From NCBI GenBank assembly GCA_034717975.1, contig JAYEMF010000113.1, forward strand, positions 1-34,580: a stretch of 34,580 nucleotides of DNA. Direction: 5' to 3'. The position numbers and the translations under genes were made by a program. This DNA is from Campylobacterota bacterium. Its GTDB lineage: Bacteria > Campylobacterota > Campylobacteria > Campylobacterales > Sulfurimonadaceae. Shown piece after piece: positions 27,285-34,580 of the stretch; the first letter of the stretch is position 1, and every line of letters begins with the position of its first letter. The notes below the pieces were generated by a model. It was not told where the DNA came from, made no database searches, and worked only from the letters and a program-made list of their open reading frames with translations.

Positions 27285-27301
27285 AAGTAAAGTCCTGACC
27301 C
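27281..27301. repeat. 21-bp direct repeat, copy 1 (TTAAAAGTAAAGTCCTGACCC)
   Basis: Identical to 33325-33345; contains the hepT stop codon. Confidence 0.9.
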
Positions 27302-27336
27302 AATCTTTATTTTCTTGTAAATGTAAAGCATTTTTA

Positions 27337-28191
27337 TTATTCTTCCCGCTTACCACTACTGATAAACTCCAAAAAGAAGGCCAAAAAGACTGATAGCATC
27401 AATCCGGTTACAAATGCCACGACAACAATCAACTTTTTCTTCGGTTTGATAGGGTAATCCATCACTTCGACTTTACCGATCACTACTGCTTTTTGTATTT
27501 TCAATGGTGAGACGGAGAGTTCTAAATCATTTTTCTTATTTCGTAAACTATAGATTTTATTTGTTGCATCATTCAGTTCAGTCTGCTTTTTCCCGATCTC
27601 AATAGCATAAAGCCCCGCCAAAGCCGCATCTTGTTTGGAGATAGTTAAGAGTTTATTTTCATAATCTTGCATCCGCCCTTCGATCTCTATAATGAGTTGT
27701 ACATTACGATCGATATCTTGTTTGATCAGACTAAGCTTCTCTTTCTGAATGTCCGTATAACTGGCCAGTTCTTTATCTTGAGCCGCCATAACATAGTCGA
27801 TGATCTCTTGCAGCTTCTGCTGTGCCGTAGCATTGTCATACCCCTGTGCGTGTAACACCAAGATATTACTTGTTTTTTTCGGAAGGCTCACTCCGCTGAG
27901 CACAGGCAACTCAATCTTCTTGCCTTTGGCATTCACTTCAAATATGACTTCCAGTTTCTGTTTCAGGTCTGTCAGGTTTTGCACCGGCTTCTTCTCGATC
28001 TGCGCCAGTTCCATAACAGCCTTCACCTCATAAATCGGCTTCACCAGCAGTGCATAAACTACGGCCAGCAAGGTGATCAGTGCCGTCACCACACCTATCA
28101 TCATCTTGCGCTTCATTAATATTCGCCAAAGCTCTCTTAAGTCGATTTTATCTTCTTCTATGTATTGAGATTGCATATTTTGTTCGTTCAT
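27337..28191 (-). CDS. wzz: Wzz-family polysaccharide chain-length regulator
   Basis: EDKIDLRELWRIL, two TM helices, coiled coil, PIKPKKKLIVVVAFVTGL. Confidence 0.88.
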   Translation of the reverse strand: MNEQNMQSQYIEEDKIDLRELWRILMKRKMMIGVVTALITLLAVVYALLVKPIYEVKAVMELAQIEKKPVQNLTDLKQKLEVIFEVNAKGKKIELPVLSGVSLPKKTSNILVLHAQGYDNATAQQKLQEIIDYVMAAQDKELASYTDIQKEKLSLIKQDIDRNVQLIIEIEGRMQDYENKLLTISKQDAALAGLYAIEIGKKQTELNDATNKIYSLRNKKNDLELSVSPLKIQKAVVIGKVEVMDYPIKPKKKLIVVVAFVTGLMLSVFLAFFLEFISSGKREE

Positions 28192-28210
28192 TTTTTCCCT
28201 TCCACTCTTT

Positions 28211-28259
28211 TCAAAAATTCATCATTTCAAATTCATAATTCAAAATTTAACATTAAAAA
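28211..28259. repeat. Degenerate 7-bp tandem repeat (about 7 units)
   Basis: tcaaaaa ttcatca tttcaaa ttcataa ttcaaaa tttaaca ttaaaaa, directly after the sugar transferase stop. Confidence 0.75.
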
Positions 28260-28264
28260 TTTCA

Positions 28265-29584
28265 CTAGCTCGCCCCGTTACGCAACAGCACCGTCTTAAT
28301 CGTTTTCATCAAGATCACAACATCCATCCAGAGATTCCAGTTTCTTATGTACCAGACATCGAGATAAACCCGTTCCATAAAATCAATATCACTGCGTCCG
28401 CTGACTTGCCATAACCCGGTGATACCTGGCTTAACAGCCAAAACAGTTTCCAGACTCTCACCTATCTTCTCTTTTTCATTAAGCATATAGGGACGCGGTC
28501 CCACAAAACTCATCTCGCCTTTGAAGACATTAAAGATCTGCGGCAGTTCATCGAGTGACGTACGGCGTAGAAAATCACCTATCTTTGTAATACGTGGATC
28601 ATTCTCATACTTATGATATTTGGCATAGTTTTCAACCTCTTCAGGATACTCTTTCAAATAGCTTTCGAGCAGTTCATCGCCACTTTCTGCCATGGTTCTA
28701 AACTTATAGCAGACAAACACTTCATCGTCTTTTCCCATACGCTCCTGTTTAAAAAGGATCGATCCTTCTGGCTCCTCTTTTTTAATCCTGTAAGCGATCA
28801 TAGCCAAAACAGGCAGCAACAGCGGAAAAGCAATAAGAAACATCATGATGTCTGAAATCTGCTTCAACCAGATGCGGTACCGACTCTTCAGACGATTTTG
28901 AAAAACGACAAGATTGGTTCGTGTATTGGAGAGCTCATAGATATGCGACTGCGTCAGATCATACTCATCCATCAGCGGAATAAATACCACCTCATGCTTA
29001 TTTTTTATTTCCTGGTCAATGATACGGCGCAGTTCAGCAGCATCAGCACCTTTGGAGTTTACAAAGATCGTCTTAGGTTCTTTCCCCTTTGCTTCAATAT
29101 AACCCAGATAGTGATTTTCAAATATCTCCTCTTTGATAAACAGATCATCTCCATACACTTTGGCTTCACGCTGCCATAGTCCCATACTAAAAAACTTTTT
29201 CTTGGCAATATTCTTAAATAGCGGTATCAAAAAAACCATAAATATAAAACTGAAAATAATAACTGCCCGTGAAAAATCCTCAATACTCTTTGTCATGGCC
29301 AGATACGCCATTACAATCAAAAAGGCAAAGCTCAGCCCTTTCAGAACATTTCGACTCTCATGCCAGAAGTCATACCGTCGAGTATAAATACCCTCATACG
29401 CCAGCATGCTCAGCGTCACCACATAAATAAGTGAGAAACCAAGATAATCCGCTAATGATTGGGAATGTGTAACGATAAAATAGTCATCAAATGTCATTCG
29501 TAATTCATATGCAATAAAAATAGAAAGGAAAACAGCCATGAAATCTAGTAGTAACAATAAAATTTTTGATATTGTCTCTTTCAC
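28265..29584 (-). CDS. Undecaprenyl-phosphate sugar phosphotransferase (WbaP/WcaJ family), copy B
   Basis: Four N-terminal TM helices; [38 protein letters not shown]; minus-strand TATAAT at 29610-29615. Confidence 0.93.
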   Translation of the reverse strand: MKETISKILLLLLDFMAVFLSIFIAYELRMTFDDYFIVTHSQSLADYLGFSLIYVVTLSMLAYEGIYTRRYDFWHESRNVLKGLSFAFLIVMAYLAMTKSIEDFSRAVIIFSFIFMVFLIPLFKNIAKKKFFSMGLWQREAKVYGDDLFIKEEIFENHYLGYIEAKGKEPKTIFVNSKGADAAELRRIIDQEIKNKHEVVFIPLMDEYDLTQSHIYELSNTRTNLVVFQNRLKSRYRIWLKQISDIMMFLIAFPLLLPVLAMIAYRIKKEEPEGSILFKQERMGKDDEVFVCYKFRTMAESGDELLESYLKEYPEEVENYAKYHKYENDPRITKIGDFLRRTSLDELPQIFNVFKGEMSFVGPRPYMLNEKEKIGESLETVLAVKPGITGLWQVSGRSDIDFMERVYLDVWYIRNWNLWMDVVILMKTIKTVLLRNGAS

Positions 29585-29640
29585 TAATAACTCTTATTGT
29601 TTTTGGTGAATTATAGCCAAACAGGCCTTAGGCCACCTCA

Positions 29641-30357
29641 CTACTTGATATGACTGTTTTTCTCAATGTAGTAATCACGCAAATACTCCAAGGCACTCGC
29701 ATAATCACCACTGTCATAAAATGCAATCATCCGTTTATTGAATTCAAGTTTGTCTTTAGCTTTGATATTGAGCATCGGGTAGCCGGCAGAAAGCAAAATA
29801 CCGTTCATCATCAATCGTGAAACACGCTTATTTCCATCATAAAAAAACTGCGTTCTGGCTCCAAAAAGAAAATAGCTCAAAGCTTTGATAATGGGATGAT
29901 TGAGCTGTTCAATTGCTTTTATGCCCTCTTCAAAAACCTCATCCAGTGCTTCAGGAACCGGAGGCAGATAATCTGTACCCCCGATGTTCACATTGCCATC
30001 ACGGAATCGTCCCCATTGCAACGCTTCTTCACGGGCAACTTCAGCATGCAACGTACAAAGTATCTGTTTATTGACACTAAAACCATCATTATCCAGTAAT
30101 TCAAACAGCAGCTTAACGCTTCGGTCCTGGTTTAAGATCTGCTGCTCATCACTCAGCTTATGTCCACCAACCGTTATGCCATCAAGAAGGGTTTCGACTT
30201 CCGGGTACGTCATGGCATTACCCTCAAGGGCAGCAGTGTTATAGATAAAGTCAATTTTGTCTTTTTTTGCTAAAAAAACATACCGCTTTTTGTCTTTGGT
30301 AAAATCTAAATGAGTCGTGTCAATATTGTTGATCTCTGCCGCGTTAAACTTCATCAT
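29641..30357 (-). CDS. Fic-domain protein (class II inhibitory helix, non-canonical active site)
   Basis: TAALEGN inhibitory motif; QFFYDGNKRVSR in place of HxFxDGNGRxxR; GGAGG RBS before ATG 30357. Confidence 0.9.
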   Translation of the reverse strand: MMKFNAAEINNIDTTHLDFTKDKKRYVFLAKKDKIDFIYNTAALEGNAMTYPEVETLLDGITVGGHKLSDEQQILNQDRSVKLLFELLDNDGFSVNKQILCTLHAEVAREEALQWGRFRDGNVNIGGTDYLPPVPEALDEVFEEGIKAIEQLNHPIIKALSYFLFGARTQFFYDGNKRVSRLMMNGILLSAGYPMLNIKAKDKLEFNKRMIAFYDSGDYASALEYLRDYYIEKNSHIK

Positions 30358-30372
30358 AAAACCCTCCATCTT

Positions 30373-31551
30373 TTAATACAAAAATCCAAACAACCAGAGT
30401 GGAATTTTATTTTTAAATCCAATTTCAATATTGTCTGCCACTACGAACGAATCCGGTATGTTTTTTATCTGCTCAAATCCTTTATTTCGACCACCAACTT
30501 CAAAAACATATCTATCATTAACTATAAAATCACCGACATTACTATACCTGACATCATGTGATTGCTTGACTTGTGACACAAAAAAACTCTCTCTTAAACT
30601 TCCGCTATTTTTGTTAGAACAAAGTACATTATATAAATTTATATTTTCAAGATATATTTTGTCGGGCTTATTTAGCAGCTTTTTATTTTTAAAATTTCCA
30701 CCAATAATCTCAATCAAGTTGGCTTTTTGCAAATAATAAAAATAGGAGTAAAGTGTATTGCGACTTATTTCACAACGCGAAGCAAGGTTTTGAATGTTTA
30801 ACTCTACAGGAACACTACTGCACAGCAGATGCAACAGCTTTCTTATTGTGTTGATCTTGTGTGCATCGACGTTGTATATGGAAGCCACTTCACTGTCAAG
30901 TATAATGTTAATAACCTCATTTAACCGTAAATCATACCCCAATTCACCCTCAGTAAAAAATGGGTAAGCCCCAAAAGCTTTATACTGTTCAAAATACTCT
31001 AAAGGCTTAAACTGTTTCTTGATTGTTTGCGCAATATCCTGGTGATTACCCAAAATCTCCTCAAGTGTATACGGTTGTAGGTCAATTCCATGTTTTATCG
31101 AAACAAACTCTCTAAATGAGAGCGAACCCAACTCATAAAAAAGTGCTCGTCTACTTAGGTCAACTTTTGCATTTTCTATCTCTAATGCTGATGAACCGGA
31201 AAAGATGACTCTAATATTTACAAAATCATAGATGGTTTTTAGTTCCAATGCAAAATCATCTGCCTTGTGTATCTCGTCAACTATAAGCAACTCTCCACCA
31301 AATGCACTGAACTCTATTGCAATTTCACTCAGTGTTTTCGTGATGTTGTCAGCACTGATGTAAAGCATTTTAGAAGTAGAAAGATTATAGTTTTGAGCAA
31401 TTTGCCTAAGAAGTACAGTCTTTCCAACCCCTCTTTGACCTAAAACACCTATTAATTTCGATTTGAAATCAATAATATTATATAAATAACGCGTAAAGGC
31501 AGGAGTAGGAAGAGAAAAATAGAGATTAGATAATTCTATAAGTTTTTGCAT
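30373..31551 (-). CDS. AAA+ ATPase, AAA_14/DUF4143-type (paralog of 25076-26269)
   Basis: GQRGVGKT, IVDEIH, FSGSS, KPDKIYLEN, KIPLWLFGFLY. Confidence 0.9.
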   Translation of the reverse strand: MQKLIELSNLYFSLPTPAFTRYLYNIIDFKSKLIGVLGQRGVGKTVLLRQIAQNYNLSTSKMLYISADNITKTLSEIAIEFSAFGGELLIVDEIHKADDFALELKTIYDFVNIRVIFSGSSALEIENAKVDLSRRALFYELGSLSFREFVSIKHGIDLQPYTLEEILGNHQDIAQTIKKQFKPLEYFEQYKAFGAYPFFTEGELGYDLRLNEVINIILDSEVASIYNVDAHKINTIRKLLHLLCSSVPVELNIQNLASRCEISRNTLYSYFYYLQKANLIEIIGGNFKNKKLLNKPDKIYLENINLYNVLCSNKNSGSLRESFFVSQVKQSHDVRYSNVGDFIVNDRYVFEVGGRNKGFEQIKNIPDSFVVADNIEIGFKNKIPLWLFGFLY

Positions 31552-31653
31552 TATTCACCTTTTCAATGCATTGAAAAGAATAATATCATATATTTTAAAT
31601 ATATTGAAAGAAATTTGCCAGAACTCTCTATTTCACTATAAAAAAAAGCCCTC

Positions 31654-32283
31654 CTATGTTCGGCTTAATTTTTTTTCAAAAAAACTTCGCATATCTTCTT
31701 TACTTATTACCTCTTCTGGTTCCAAATATAAAATATTATCATCTTCTATATCATCAATATAAATCAAAGCGACTGCAAACAATTTAAAGTTGATTCCCTC
31801 AATAATATGTAAACTTGCGTCAAAGATCTGCTTTAAACTCATTCCATTTTTCACTAAGCTGTAAATATCATAATAATCTCTATACTTTGCTCTTAAAAAT
31901 AGGACATTTACTTTCATTGCCGCAATCTGGTTTAAATTTGCCAAATTGAATTTTTCCGGTTTCCGAGGCCTTAAAAACTTCCATTTTGCATTAAAAAAAG
32001 TCACCTTCACACCATTAAGCAGCAGATCAATCTGTTCATCGGTTTGATTTAATATCTCTTTTATTTCAAACACTTTCAAATACTCAAAAATTTCTTTTTT
32101 ATCGAAATTGTCTTCATAAGTAAAAAAGTGCAAATCCTCGCTCTTTCTGTGGCAAATATGCAGGGTAAGTGCGGAGCCACCAACTAAAACATACTTCTCT
32201 AAAAAAGGAGAAGTCTCAATTAAAGTCAACAGCAGTTTTTTAGTATCAGGAAGCAAGCAATCTAAGTTTTTCAAGTCTCTCAT
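31654..32283 (-). CDS. AbiEii/AbiGii-family nucleotidyltransferase toxin
   Basis: LVGGSAL..HRKSEDLHFF, IAAMK, RAKYRDYYDIY; AAAGGAGG RBS before ATG 32283, inside the upstream gene. Confidence 0.88.
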   Translation of the reverse strand: MRDLKNLDCLLPDTKKLLLTLIETSPFLEKYVLVGGSALTLHICHRKSEDLHFFTYEDNFDKKEIFEYLKVFEIKEILNQTDEQIDLLLNGVKVTFFNAKWKFLRPRKPEKFNLANLNQIAAMKVNVLFLRAKYRDYYDIYSLVKNGMSLKQIFDASLHIIEGINFKLFAVALIYIDDIEDDNILYLEPEEVISKEDMRSFFEKKLSRT

Positions 32284-33289
32284 TTTTGCCTCCTTTAAAA
32301 AACCCACTTTCTACATTCATTGACAAGAACACTCTGGCAATCATTAAATTTAGTTTTAGAAATCTTTTATCATTTTTTACACTTTTTTCCCAAACTCTTT
32401 TGACAGCTCTTTTTCCAAAAAGTTTAAAAACATTTTCCATATCGACAAAGTCACCATATTTAAGCACATACTCAATCAAGATAGCTTCACCTGCTTCCAT
32501 ATAGGTCACATCTTTTGCATAACTCCAAAAAATGCCTTTATCCCTGAGTTTTTCAAACAGTTTGACTTTTTCTCTGTAAATTTTATAGGACTTTGAGATA
32601 GCAACATTCGATAAATGCAAGTAGTGCGCTATCTCTGTCTGTTTATAGCCATCTTTAAGTGCATGCACAATGGCAAACTCTCTTGAGTAAGTATGAAAAT
32701 AATGTTCCAAGCTACTTTTCTTTATTTCGATTAATACTTTTGTATCGACATCGACCTTTGAATTATATAGCTTATTGATAGCGACATGCTCTTCATCACT
32801 AAACATAACCGTAAAATCGATCTTATCCATCAACTCAAAATGCAGCATTGGCAATTTGACATTATAACTGCTCATAGACCAAAAAAACTTCCCAATCCTA
32901 TCTACAACACCGGCCTTTACGGGATTGTACTCAATATATCGTATCAAGGTGTCAAGGTAAACTTCATCATAGACATACCATGATTTAAATCGCCCTTGCC
33001 ATAAAGGCCCGACTCTTTTGTACTTTTTATTAAAATAGATGGTGTATCTTGCATTGATAGATTTCATGATGTCAGATAAGTTTTCTCTGCTTGTCTTCAA
33101 AAGTAGATGATAGTGATTATCCATCAAACAAAACGAATAAATTTCAAAGCCATAGGTGAGTGCTGATTCTTGCATATAACCTAAAAACACCTCATGATCT
33201 TCCTGATCAATAAAGATGTCTCGTCTCTCCACCCCTCGATTAACAACATGGTAAAACCCAGGATAATCCAATCTTGTTTCTCTTGCCAT
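32246..33289 (-). CDS. HUH Y1 transposase (RAYT-type) fused to an HTH and a C-terminal antitoxin-like domain
   Basis: MARETR..PGFYHVVNRG, HUH motif MDNHYHLL, GPLWQGRFKS, catalytic YIEYNPVKAG; then GYKQTEIAHYL; then GIFWSY...LIEYVLKYGD...FGKRAVKRVW. Confidence 0.9.
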   Translation of the reverse strand: MARETRLDYPGFYHVVNRGVERRDIFIDQEDHEVFLGYMQESALTYGFEIYSFCLMDNHYHLLLKTSRENLSDIMKSINARYTIYFNKKYKRVGPLWQGRFKSWYVYDEVYLDTLIRYIEYNPVKAGVVDRIGKFFWSMSSYNVKLPMLHFELMDKIDFTVMFSDEEHVAINKLYNSKVDVDTKVLIEIKKSSLEHYFHTYSREFAIVHALKDGYKQTEIAHYLHLSNVAISKSYKIYREKVKLFEKLRDKGIFWSYAKDVTYMEAGEAILIEYVLKYGDFVDMENVFKLFGKRAVKRVWEKSVKNDKRFLKLNLMIARVFLSMNVESGFFKGGKNERLEKLRLLAS

Positions 33290-33307
33290 CTTTTACGCCT
33301 TTGCTTA

Positions 33308-33335
33308 TTCTAACCAATAAATTATTAAAAGTAAA
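33308..33335 (-). promoter_or_regulatory. Putative promoter of the transposase-abiEii operon
   Basis: Minus strand TTTACT-17 nt-TAGAAT; the -35-like hexamer lies within the 21-bp repeat. Confidence 0.45.
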
Positions 33336-33346
33336 GTCCTGACCCC
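33325..33346. repeat. 21-bp direct repeat, copy 2 (minus strand GGGGTCAGGACTTTACTTTTAA)
   Basis: Identical core to 27281-27301; sits between the truncated fic and the transposase start. Confidence 0.9.
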
Positions 33347-33732
33347 TAGTCTTTCGTTCCTCCTATGTTGACATTGCCATCGCGAAATACACCCCACCGT
33401 AAAGCCTCTTCGCGGGCCACTTCTGCATGCAGTGCCAAAAGAGTTTGTTTGTTCAACTGAAAGTTCTCCTGCTCCAGCATGGCAAAAAGTAAATCGACAC
33501 TTCTATTTTGATTGAGAATCTGCTGCTCATCGCTTAGTTTATGTCCACCAACGGTAATCCCTTCCAAAAGTGTTTCAACCTCAGGGTAAGTCATGGCGTT
33601 ACCCTCAAGCGCAGCAGTGTTATAGATAAAGTCAACTTTGTCTTTTTTCGCTAAAAAAGTATAACGTTCCTTGTCTTTGGTAAAATCCAAATGACTTATA
33701 TCGATACTATTGATCTCTGCTGCATTAGGCAT
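33346..33732 (-). pseudogene. Truncated Fic (N-terminal half only)
   Basis: About 22 differences over 124 aligned residues against the intact Fic (hand count); homology stops at NIGGT, followed by KD-stop running into the GGGGTCAG motif. Confidence 0.9.
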
Positions 33733-33752
33733 TGTCTCTCCTTTTCATACTT

Positions 33753-33787
33753 ATAAACATTGACAATCAAACATTCAACATTAAAAA
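33753..33787. repeat. Degenerate 7-bp tandem repeat (about 5 units)
   Basis: ataaaca ttgacaa tcaaaca ttcaaca ttaaaaa, after the stop of the second sugar transferase. Confidence 0.7.
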
Positions 33788-33792
33788 TTATT

Positions 33793-34580
33793 TCAGCTCG
33801 CCCCTTTTCTCAAGAGAACCGTTTTAAGTGTTTTCAGCAAAATGACAAAATCAAGCCAGAGATTCCAATTTCTAATGTACCAGACATCCATCTCAACACG
33901 CTCTTTAAAGTCAACATCACTGCGCCCACTTACCTGCCAGAGTCCGGTTATTCCAGGTTTCACTGTCAAAACAGTTCCAAGCCTATCTGAAATTTGATCT
34001 TTTTCATCAAGCATGTAAGGTCGTGGTCCAACAAAACTCATCTCTCCCTTGAGGACATTAAAAATCTGCGGCAGTTCATCGAGCGACGTCTTGCGTAAAA
34101 ACTTTCCAATTTTTGTAACCCGTGGATCATTTTCATACTTATGATATTTTTCGTAATTTACAACTTCTTCAGGATGATCTTTCAAATAGCTTTGCAACAT
34201 AGCATCACTATCACACTTCATTGTTCTGAACTTATAACAGACAAATGGCACTTCATTTTTACCCATACGCTCTTGATTAAACAGAACTGGGCTGTCTGCT
34301 TCATCTTTTTTGATCAAAAGGGCTATAAAACTTAAAATAGGAACTAAAAATGGCAGTAATATAATGGCCAAAAGAAAATCGGAAAAATATTTCAAGACGG
34401 TGCGATAACGACTCTTCAACCTGTTTTGAAACACTATAAGATTATTCCGGGTATTGGAGAGTTCATAGATCTGTGACTGGGTTAAATCATAGTCATCAAT
34501 CAGAGGGATAAAAATCACTTCATGTTTTTGATCGATCTCTTGTGAAATCATTTCACGCAGCTCTTCTGCCGTGGAACCAG
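33793..34580 (-). CDS. Undecaprenyl-phosphate sugar phosphotransferase (WbaP/WcaJ family), copy A; 5' end outside the window
   Basis: Frame stays open to the edge ([13 protein letters not shown] aligns with [13 protein letters not shown] of copy B); same C-terminal motifs. Confidence 0.93.
   Translation of the reverse strand, partial: GSTAEELREMISQEIDQKHEVIFIPLIDDYDLTQSQIYELSNTRNNLIVFQNRLKSRYRTVLKYFSDFLLAIILLPFLVPILSFIALLIKKDEADSPVLFNQERMGKNEVPFVCYKFRTMKCDSDAMLQSYLKDHPEEVVNYEKYHKYENDPRVTKIGKFLRKTSLDELPQIFNVLKGEMSFVGPRPYMLDEKDQISDRLGTVLTVKPGITGLWQVSGRSDVDFKERVEMDVWYIRNWNLWLDFVILLKTLKTVLLRKGAS

Noticed and set aside
32246..33289. IS200/IS605 element with TnpB
   Set aside because: No tnpB or RuvC/zinc-finger ORF nearby, and the sequence motifs are RAYT-like.

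Overview
Bacterial chromosome window, most likely a Campylobacterota of the Sulfurimonas/Sulfurovum type (inferred from protein style and gene families). The left two-thirds (1-17.8 kb) is core-like. It holds a partial Cache/PAS sensor missed by the ORF track, a histidine kinase, a lipoprotein plus omptin-like outer-membrane protease pair, a degenerate EAL-HDOD protein, groES-groEL, and a minus-strand run pmm/pgm-pyrC-response regulator-kinase-exbB-exbD-GGDEF/EAL. Next come a lipoprotein plus a 1471-aa secreted lipase-fold/cadherin/beta-propeller protein, vapBC, and an adjacent comEA and periplasmic ATP-dependent DNA ligase. The right 10 kb is an AT-richer mosaic at the end of a surface-polysaccharide locus (two wbaP-like paralogs, wzz). 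It is dense in toxin-antitoxin/defence-like genes: two AAA_14-type ATPases, MntA-HepT, AbiEii and Fic. The most striking structure is a HUH (RAYT-type) transposase fused to an antitoxin-like domain and overlapping an AbiEii gene. A 21-bp GGGTCAG-containing motif lies just upstream of it, at the break point of a fic gene whose C-terminal tail lies 6.9 kb away. A second copy of the motif and a decayed RAYT C-terminus bracket a second ATPase plus TA cassette. No rRNA, tRNA or CRISPR array was seen. All family calls come from motif reading; no database searches were run.
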